From NCBI RefSeq assembly GCF_006345805.1, contig NC_043006.1:88288001-88352000 (forward strand): a stretch of 64,000 nt of DNA. Reading direction: 5' to 3'. Within the stretch, counting starts at the first letter, position 1, and each line of letters begins with the position of its first letter. Below the pieces are notes generated by a model, which saw only the letters and a list, made by a program, of their open reading frames with translations, did no database searches and was not told where the DNA came from. Origin of the DNA: Octopus sinensis. Lineage: Eukaryota. This document shows positions 54,790 through 64,000 of this stretch, one piece after another. The position numbers and the translations under genes are program-made.

Positions 54790-54964
54790 TGTGGTTAAAA
54801 AGTTTGCTTCTAAACTACATTATTCGGGTTCAATCCCACTGTATGACACCTTGGGCAGGTATCTTCTACTGTAGCCTCGGACCAAGCAAAGCCTTCTGAG
54901 TGGATTTGGTAGACGGAAACTGAATGAAGCCCGTCGTATATATATATATAATACATATATATAT

Positions 54965-55007
<43 letters not shown>

Positions 55008-55072
55008 TCCTACCACTACTTGGTGTCCCAGCATGGCCGCTGTCTAGAGACTAAAACAAATAGAAGGATAAA
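54790..55072 (+). mobile_element. Family A SINE with an internal deletion
   Basis: GGGTTCAATCCCACTG B box and A body and tail motifs. Confidence 0.8.
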
Positions 55073-55970
55073 AGTACACACACGCACACAAACATATATA
55101 TAATTTCGCAGATACACACATAAATGGTGGTAGCCTCTGAGAAAGACGGTGTTCTGCAATTTCTTACTGCTCAAGCTGCACAAATAATTTGTTTATAGTG
55201 ATTAAATGTATGTACTGTACATTAGCCAACTCCCTCCATGGAATCGACGTGTCCTTGAGAGGTGCATGGTGAATTGATTGCAAAGCAACGTCAGATGTCG
55301 AATTGATTGCAAAGCAACGTGAGAGGATTTGTTTTGCTCAAGAACACCACCCGATCCAGGAAATGAAACAATGAACTCACGATCGTAACACCCTAAATAC
55401 TATGCCATGCGGCCACATATACATACATGCATACATCTACCCATATATATATATATATTATCAAAATAAGCAAAAGGATATTAAGTAGTAATGCAGAACG
55501 ACCGTTTCAAATAATTGAACAATGAAATCAATACATCAATTTAAATGCAGTGCTATCTTCAGCTGAACAAATAAACGGAATTTTAACAATTAGGACACAT
55601 CAATATAATTTTACCTATATAGTTTAATAGAGTTAGATGGAAGAAATACATGTTGTTGTTATGGTAACTAGGAATAGACTACAACTTGTAAGAATCGCAT
55701 GGAGCATAGTGGGGTCATAGGGTTGTAAGCGTTGTAATTCATTTCTAATTCATTTATCTCTTTATCAACTGCTACATTTCAAGCATTCGACGACAAATGA
55801 GGAGTAGATAGACAACTGACAACTGATGAGGGGTACTTTCTCTGTGTTAATTTCTCCTGTTTTCCATATTTTTCTTGTTGTTTAGGTTTTCCACTCGATT
55901 ATCTCTCGTTTGTTTACGTATTTCACCATCGGTGAGGTCCTGTACCCATATATACATTTATATATATATA

Positions 55971-56030
<60 letters not shown>

Positions 56031-56153
56031 TAGATATATATTTATTATGTATGTATGTATATATATATTACTTATAATTTATTATTTAATTGAACGCGAT
56101 GCATCCGTTTCCAAGTAAGTGTGTGTATATATATACTATATATATATATATAT

Positions 56154-56207
<54 letters not shown>

Positions 56208-56251
56208 ATTTTTTGCGTAATGAGATAAAAAAACCAACGGTGTGTATATAT

Positions 56252-56487
56252 TAAGGCGGCGAGCTGGCAGAATCGTTAGCACGCCGGGCGAAATGCTTAG
56301 CAGTACTTCGTCTGCCGCTACGTTCTGGGTTAAAATTCCGCCGAGGTCGACTTTGCCTTTCATCCTTTCAGGGTCGATTAAATAAGCACCAGTTACGCAC
56401 TGGGGTCGATGTAATCGACTTAATCCGTTTGTCTGTCCTTGTTTGTCCTCTCTGTGTTTAGCCTCTTGTGGGTAGTAAAAAAATAGA
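56252..56487 (+). mobile_element. Family B SINE inserted into the left palindrome arm
   Basis: 11-bp TSD TGTGTATATAT (56241-56251 / 56488-56498). The right arm preserves the empty site. Confidence 0.92.
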
Positions 56488-56516
56488 TGTGTATATATAA
56501 GAACATTTATAGACAG

Positions 56517-56568
56517 GTCTTACAGCTGTTTCCAGGATATTTATTAATTATGTCCCTTCATCGGAGAC
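56517..56568 (-). ncRNA. Minimal type-I hammerhead-ribozyme-like motif (minus-strand copy)
   Basis: Exact reverse complement of 57002-57053. Confidence 0.6.
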
Positions 56569-57001
56569 AGTGTGAGGGTATGGTTAAGTAATAATTAATT
56601 TAGATAGGATACAAAATAGAGAGTGAGGTGGAGGAAAGAAAATAGATGTGAAATATGTAGGGATATTGAATTTGTAGATCCATTTTTAGGCAGAATGGTA
56701 TATATGTAAGATTCAAATACCTTATGAGAAAAATTCAACAGTATTTAAATATTTTAGGCAGAATGGTATATATGTAAGATTCAAATACCTTATGAGAAAA
56801 ATTCAACAGTATTTAAATATTTTAAATACTGTTGGATTTTTCTCATAAGGTATTTGAATCTTACATATATACCATTCTGCCTAAAAATGGATCTATAAAT
56901 TCAATATCCCTACATATTTCACATCTATTTTCTTTCCTCCACCTCACTCTCTATTTTGTATCCTATCTAAATTAATTATTACTTAACCATCCCCTCACAC
57001 T

Positions 57002-57053
57002 GTCTCCGATGAAGGGACATAATTAATAAATATCCTGGAAACAGCTGTAAGAC
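57002..57053 (+). ncRNA. Minimal type-I hammerhead-ribozyme-like motif
   Basis: Stem I GTCT/AGAC; core CCGATGA (U4>C variant of CUGAUGA); stem II GGGA/TCCT; GAAA; palindromic stem III C-AGCT-G; GTA cleavage triplet at 57047-57049. Confidence 0.6.
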
Positions 57054-57269
57054 CTTCTATCTATAAATGTTCTAATATCTACACACCGTTGGTTTTTTTA
57101 TCTCATTACGCAAAAAATTCTTATATACACACGCTGGCATATGACCAACGTTGAAACCCTTATTCGCAAAATCACCGAACCTGGAACTTAACTATGGTCT
57201 GTCTATAGCACTTATTCAGCATTATCTGACACCTTTGGGTCTCAATGACACCATTACCTCCTATAACCT

Positions 57270-57319
<50 letters not shown>

Positions 57320-57420
57320 GAAATAATAATATATACTGTGAAAATAATAAGGGTAGAAAATTCAGAAGAAAATTTCATACCGGTGGCTAGCATGTGTAAT
57401 AAAGTCAATAAACATATTTT

Positions 57421-57930
57421 CATATATAATAGTGCATAAACAATTTACGAATTTATACACGCAAAAGGTGACCTTTGACAGGACGCGAAAAGCAGCAATT
57501 CCAAAGGAAATTAAAATTAAAAAAAATATTTTTGTAGATAGCTCAGGCTCGAGTTTCTGCATCAGTGTGCAAAATAAATTAATTTGCCCTCTGTACTTCT
57601 ACAGTGAGTACGCTAAAATTAATGAATATTTATGCAGCAAATAGCACCGAAAATCCATGCACTACATACTTATACATTATACTTTCAAATCTACTGCGCA
57701 AGAGCAGTTACATTCGACAGCAAATAATGAAAAATTAAAACTGCGTGCCAGAAAGGGTTTGAAACTACGAAAATTTTACTGTGAAACTAATAAGGGTAGA
57801 AAGTTGCCTTTGAAATTGCTCTTATTCGTGGTTTGAGCTTTAACTGCCCTTTCTAGCATGTAAGGTTGTCCTGTCAAAGGTCACCTCTTTCGTGTATAAA
57901 TCCGTAAATTGTTTATACATATTATATATG
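57421..57930. repeat. Fold-back/MITE-like element with ~52-64-bp inverted ends
   Basis: 57433-57484 versus 57868-57919 is ~90% inverted identity and extends into CATATATAATA. A 26-bp direct repeat TACTGTGAAA.TAATAAGGGTAGAAA lies at 57334 and 57777. Confidence 0.75.
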
Positions 57931-57934
57931 AAAG

Positions 57935-57980
<46 letters not shown>

Positions 57981-58336
57981 ATATATATATATTATAATGT
58001 GTGTGCGTTTATGTATATGTTTATATGTGGGATATATATATATATATATATATAATATATATATACACAACACACATGCACGTATATTCATACACACACA
58101 GATTATATATTTAAATTATATATGTTATACTAAATGACTTACAGCAAGTTTTTTTTTATGGAGTGATTTTGTATGTTATGTGCATATATTTTATTACAAC
58201 TTTGATATCAGCATAAAGTTGAACATTTCCAAATTTCTGTGACTTGTGAAGCTTTTAAAACTGTGTTTATTGATAATTTTCTGCTTTACTTTATTTCCTT
58301 ACAACACTAAATTGCAATGCAACACATAAAGTAGAA

Positions 58337-60370
58337 TTAATTCGCAGAACAATCAAAATAGAACTGACCGTGAGTAAAACAGACTTGTCTCATTAATATC
58401 ACCAACCTTGATGAACTCTCCAAAAGAACATTGGTGATTATAGGAAACATACTCATTTCACTGAGAATTGAAAGCGCTCGAACCGATATTGCATTTCTGT
58501 TGAAATGTGAGAAATGTGTGGAGTGAAAACATCTGTCTTGGCACACTCAATGATAATAGTGTCTTCGATTACATGGTACGCAAGACAACTATTCTTATAC
58601 TACTACAAAGTTTTAGTTTATCCATATTTAAAAGCAGCATAATGAGTGTTCCTACGCTCAGCTGCTGACTGTGGTGAAGAGGGTCATCAGTGGGCTGAAG
58701 AAAATTGTGAAACCCTGTTGTATAGTTGTAACCATCGTTAACACCAACGTGAATTGACAACTTCCATCTGGATTGGGCTGGTACCTGTTAAATGATGATA
58801 TCAGTATCCTGCAAAAGCAGTGAGCTGACAGAATCGTTAGAACGCCGGGCAAAATGCTTGATGGCATTTCGTCCGTCTTTACTTTCTGAGTTCAAATTCC
58901 GCGGGGGTCAACTTTGCATTTCATCCTTTCAAGTTCAATAAAATAAGTAACAGTTAGACACTTTGGTCGATGTAACCGACTAACACCCTACCTCGAAATT
59001 GCTGGCCTTGAGCCAAAATTTGAAATCGATATTAGTATCCTGCATAAGGCAGCGAGCTGGCAGAATTATTAACACGCCAAACAAAATGCTTGGAGGCATT
59101 TCTGAGTTCAAATACTGTCAAGGTCGACTTTGCATTTTATCTTTTTGGGGTAGATGAAATATGTACCAGTCGATCAGTGGGGTCGATCTTTTCGACTATC
59201 CCTCTCCCACAAAACTTCAGGCCTTATTCCTGTGATACGAAGGATATTAGCATCCGGCGTTATGTTATCTTGGGAAGATAGACACATTCAGAAAGCTATA
59301 AATACTTTCTAAAATTCTATGAGATTCAAGAATAAACTTTAAATAGGATTTGTAGAGATGAATATATAATTAATCTACATTTTTTTCTATTTTGATATCA
59401 CCAATTATAAACTGATGGCTCATTGTTACCCCTAACTAAAGTAAAACTTTTGCAAACAAGACTGACAGCTGCGACATCTTTATTAACCGCATCTGTTAAG
59501 ATGATGATCAATGAAAATTTCTTTCTGGCTCCAAGTGCAAGTTTCTTTGAGGTATTTTCTCAACTCATTAGGTGTTCTTTGAGATGATTGGCAAAATGTT
59601 TGAAATCAACAGTGAATAAGCCTACAACCCCACCCATGGTGCTTGTTTTATTTCTTAAGTTTTGTAAGGTTCAATAGAGAGCTTCATGTGCAACTCCGTG
59701 AGACACTGGGCACTCGAACATTATTTTGAATCTAGCCATGTTCAGAAACCTCCGCTTGTAAGATCCTTTGTCAATATTGCACACATGACTGTCATTATGT
59801 GCAAAGTTGAATGGCATCTTAAAAACAAAATGACAAGTCGTGCCACCAGTGAGAAAAATTGCAGCATTTCCAGGTGAGACTACTTTAATACCAATCTGCA
59901 TGTGTAACGAACCTTTTGTCAAAATTAGGTTGACCAAAATTTTTTAAAAAAGCCGTTTTACCTATTCCACTAGGAGCATCAGAGAAAAATATTTCTGGAA
60001 CCAAAATGAATTCATATCAATGAACATACTCTTCTTGTTGTTGAATGTCATATCTAGTTGCCTGAAGAATCTTTCAACTGACATTAGCTACAACATGAAC
60101 TGTACAATATTTTTACTGGAAATCAGTGCGTTTATAAAATCGGAGCTAAGCGTTGAGTATATATTTTCTTTTTTGTTTTTGGAATATCGTTAAGTTTACC
60201 ACAGCATTTCTTTTTGTAATTAATTTTATGTCAAAGATGTTGTGGGTTGGATTGTGAGCAAATATTAAATAGTAAAGATAGTTCCTCGTCTGGATTGGAG
60301 AGTCCAACACTGCAGCCATTTGCAGAGTAATTTTTTCGTCTGCATCATCTTCCAAATGGCGTTTAAGCTT
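58337..60370 (-). pseudogene. Helitron RepHel Pif1-family helicase fossil, interrupted by two SINEs
   Basis: LEDD...MAAVLDSPIQTRN; FFSDAPSGIGKT (Walker A, 59954-59980); GNAAIFLTGGTTCHFVFKMPFN; HEALY*TLQNLRNKTSTMGGVV; NYTTGFHNFLQPTDDPLHHSQQLSVGTLIMLLLNMD; CFTHGQFYFDCS. These motifs are collinear with Helitron helicases. Confidence 0.9.
58814..59242 (+). mobile_element. Two tandem family B SINEs within the Helitron
   Basis: Units 58814-59027 and 59045-59242 are separated and flanked by three copies of a 17-bp target (58797, 59028, 59243). Confidence 0.85.
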
Positions 60371-60469
60371 CGTTATGTATTTATAGATATATCAAACAAC
60401 TGTCTTTGCGCTCAAGGAATTAATCTGGACCATCAATAATGGGACAGTATAACTAAAATAGGTTGTTAA

Positions 60470-60860
60470 AATTGTTGTTGGCATCCTTTTGTCTCGGGAG
60501 ACAATGGAATTGCACATAAACTAACCCAGTCTGGTTTTTACATTTCATGTCCTCTCCAGTTTTGCGCAGGCCTGGACTAGATGTCAGAAAATCCTGGGTA
60601 GTCCAATCGTCAGAATTCCTCTCTCGACCTTGGTGACGTAGTCCAAAGGAATGCAGAGCATTACGTTTGACACCAGCTTGGTTGCAGGAGTTGCTGGAAG
60701 AGTGTCGAGTCGAACACTAAACCACCTACGGGGCTCCACTCCGGATTTCTTTGAAGGTTGTCTCTTTTTCGTAACCCTGGATAGGGGCCCATACCGGGTA
60801 CTGTCAGCCGGATCCAGCTGAGCCCGGGACTCGTGTCAGGCAGGGTCATCACTCCCTGAA
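60470..60860 (+). mobile_element. Possible RTE-type LINE 5' UTR remnant
   Basis: A GC-richer island after (GTT)n with motifs GACAATGGA, GACGTAGTCCAAAGGAATGCA and CTCCACTCCGGATTT that I associate with RTE 5' ends. Not verified. Confidence 0.4.
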
Positions 60861-62511
60861 GTAGTAAAAAAAAGTCGCTCCCCACTACCTAAAGTATCAA
60901 GCATAAAATACCAAGCATAAAAATATAATTGTATCTGCAAAACTTGATACACGGTCTTAAATACTATGTAAGTTGGAAAATAGCTTATTCTTTCCACATT
61001 CTGGTCCACATTTAGATTGGTATGGTGGTGGGTGGTCTCCGTCGTTTGACTAAATGAAAATTTAGTTGTTCGATTAACTGAATAAGCTGTTGCTAAATCA
61101 ACATATGAATGTTCCACAAACACGTGGCCTTTAACATAATTCTGACGCACAACCAGGACACAGTGAGGTAGGCCTGTACAACTACCTTTCTTAAATTACA
61201 GGTAAAAATCAACCCACAGGATACTACACAGAGTATATAGAAAATTGCTCAAGGTATCACGCAGGGAGATCGAAGTGAGTATCTCACACTTGCAACCTAC
61301 AAAATTTGTATGCATTTCTATCAAATCAGGTTCATTTAAAGGACTCCACCAATATTTGTAACATAACCGTACACACTTATATTTCACATGAAATGTATTG
61401 GAATGCTGTAGATATAAAAATTTCTCATTTAGATGATATATATCTTCAAAAAGTTAGGACACGGTTTCAAATACCACACAAGAGAGATAATAACTTATTT
61501 TTCTATTGTTTCATGTTTACATTTGTTTACATTTCAAAGATATTCAAAATTATTTTCCATGAGACGAACGATACATTTTCACATAATTTGAAGTGTGTTC
61601 AAACATTTTAACAATTAACTATTCGATGTATAAAGTATATAAAACGTGAATACTTCAGAAACGGAAATAAGTATAAGAGAAAGTAAATGATTATTTATAA
61701 AGAAAGTAAATAATATTTTCTATCTAGTATATTTGAAATAGCATATTAACTAGTTGAAGATAGGGCTCTTAAACGTGGAATATTAATAACTGCAGTATAT
61801 ATAAAATATACTATATGTGTCTGTGTGCGAAAGAGAGAGAGAGAGAGAGATGTATATAATATTATATGTATTCTTTTATTCGTTTCAGTGATCTGACTGC
61901 GGCCATGCTGGAGCACGGTACTGAAGAATTCTTAGTCGAATGTATTGACCCCAGGACTTCTGTTTTTAAGCCTAGTACATATTCTATCGATCTCTCAAAC
62001 CGAACCGCTGAATCAGTCTGCTATAATAAATCCATAAGCACATATAAAACATCCAAGGGTATACCTTTTCTCCACTGAAAATATTATGCTCACGACATAT
62101 AAATAGGAATTTAATATTTGCTTAATATTTACTGAGTATTAATTGAAAAAGCTGTAAGTGAAGATGATTAATTTGCTGTTATAAACTTCCTAATCTTCAT
62201 TTTCTTTTTCTTCATTCATATGAATATAAACTATATGTTTTTATATATGCATCATATCTTTACCTTTTGATTGGCAGATTTAGAAAATGGTTTTTTGTAA
62301 CTAAACACTTACAAACTTCGTATGCTGGTAGAATGTGTCATATAAATTATCTTTTACTCTTAGCGTTTTTGAGAAAAGTTTATATTTTCAAAGTTATTTC
62401 GTGTTAAAGTTGTTGTATTTCGGTAATTTCAACCAATCAATGACATGTATTCAGCTGAATAAAATTACTCTTCATGAGGTTAACACAATCTCTAATCGAA
62501 TTTATATTTAT

Positions 62512-62544
<33 letters not shown>

Positions 62545-62820
62545 CACCGTATATATATACGCTATGTATATATATATATACTATATATCTGTATACATAC
62601 TATATTATATATACACAATATATATATACACAATACATATATATATATATATGTATATATATATATTTATAAAATATACATATACACACAATATATATAC
62701 ATAATATATATATTTATACAATATACATTTATACAATATATATATATATATATACTATATATCTGTATACATACTATATTATATATACACAATATATATA
62801 TACACACAATATAAATATAC

Positions 62821-62888
62821 ACACCAGCATCGGTTGTCAAGCGATGTTGGGGGGGACTAACGCAGACACACAACATATACACACATAC

Positions 62889-62975
<87 letters not shown>

Positions 62976-63370
62976 TACATATATACGACGGGCTTCTTTC
63001 AGTTTCCGTCTACCAAATCCACTCACAAGGCTTTGGTCGGCCCGATGCTATAGAAGACACTTGCCCAAGGTGCCACGCAGTGGGACTGAACCCGGAACCG
63101 TGTGGTTAGTAAACAAGCTACTTACCACACAGCCACTCCTACGCCTTTATATATATACATATATATATATATATATTCTTTTATTTGCTTCAGGCATTTG
63201 ACTACGGCCATGCTAGAGCATCGCCTTTAGTCGAACAAATTGATCCCCGAACTTATTCTTTGTAATCCTAGTACATACTCTATCGATCTCTTTTGCCGAA
63301 CTGCTATTTTACAGGAACGTAAACACACCGACATCGGTTGTCAAGCGATGCTGAGGGAACAAGGACAAAC
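62821..63370 (-). mobile_element. Family A SINE pieces (62821-63146, including the head; 63176-63370, 3' part)
   Basis: Near-consensus reverse complement: GCCCAAGGTGCCACGCAGTGGGACTGAACCCGG...CACAGCCACTCC. Confidence 0.88.
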
Positions 63371-63391
63371 GCACATACATGCATATATATA

Positions 63392-63936
63392 CAGGGGTTG
63401 GACAAAATAATGGAAGCACCAATCATCATAGCATCATCATTTTGAAATATCTATAAAACCGTCAAAAGCTTGTTTATTTTTATGTTTTATGTTTTGCTAA
63501 AATTAATTTCTTTTCAGATATCATCAGAAAAAGGTAATTAAAATTCATTAAAATGACAGATCTATCAGAGTTTCAGAGAAGCCAAATTGTTGGTGTTTGT
63601 ATGGCAGGTGCTAGCGTAACGAAAACAGGCTAAATGTTTGGTATATGAAGAAGTACTGTCTCGAAAGTAATGGCAGCCTTTGAGAAAGAGGGGAAAACCT
63701 CGTCGAAACAAAACTCCGGAAGAAAACCAAAACTTACGCGAATGGTTAGAAAGGGTCACAAAAGTATAGCTTCCAAAATTACTGCAGAGCTTAATGATAA
63801 CCACGAGAACCCAGTATTGACAAAAACTGTTTGCTTGCACAAAGCCAGATTTCATGAGAGGGCTGCAATCAGAAAACCACTACTTTCAAACACAAACGTC
63901 GCAAACCGTTTAGAGTGGAGTAAAAACCTATGGTAG
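63392..63936 (+). mobile_element. Tc1-like transposon, 5' fragment with a decayed transposase N-terminus (63553-63936)
   Basis: TA|CAGGGGTTGGACAAAATAATGG start; MTDLSEFQRSQIVG..AGASVTKT..FG..RSTVSKVM..EKEGKTSS..NSGRKPKL...ARFHERAAIRKPLLS...RLEW, with in-frame stops. Confidence 0.88.
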
Positions 63937-64000
63937 ATTTCTATTCCACTAGGGACCAATGCTTTTGTTTGTATATATATAGTAACCTCACCCCCCCCCC

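Larger units (their letters stand above)
56207..57119. repeat. Large palindrome (~300-bp arms, 3-nt centre at 56818-56820), Penelope-like terminal-repeat inversion
   Basis: The right arm 56821-57119 is the reverse complement of the left arm once the SINE (56252-56487 plus TSD) and one copy of a 68-bp tandem duplication (56684-56751 / 56752-56819) are removed. Only a handful of mismatches remain. Confidence 0.93.

Noticed and set aside
55271-55320. 21-bp direct repeat GAATTGATTGCAAAGCAACGT x2
   Set aside because: Only two units with an 8-bp spacer, inside a decayed SINE-like repeat of a eukaryote. It is not CRISPR-like.

Overview
This is a eukaryotic, AT-rich, microsatellite-laden animal window. 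It most resembles an Octopus (coleoid cephalopod) genome, inferred from the density of (TA)n/(CA)n/(CATA)n repeats and the tRNA-derived SINE families. No complete protein-coding gene can be read. Almost every long ORF in the supplied track is a microsatellite artefact. The best genic signal is a minus-strand ATG-bearing exon at 47192-47281 (MSDNEVEEASFLP, phase-1 GTAAGT donor); the other candidate exons, on both strands, are weak. Most of the recognisable sequence is mobile DNA. There are three tRNA/Pol III-type SINE families (here called A, B and C), with several dimeric B insertions flanked by 17-bp target-site duplications (TSDs). The DNA transposons are a decayed full-length mariner (7043-8336), a fold-back mariner made of two 5' ends (53736-54620), a Tc1 5' fragment, a Helitron helicase fossil (58337-60370) and a short non-autonomous Helitron (10008-10454). 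Fragments of APE-type and RLE-type LINEs are also present. The most notable structure is a palindrome with ~300-bp arms (56207-57119). Each arm carries a minimal type-I hammerhead-ribozyme-like motif, as in Penelope-like element ends. A 100-N gap at 40285-40384 is flanked by a ~1-kb duplication that is probably an assembly artefact. All calls come from reading the sequence; no database searches were run.
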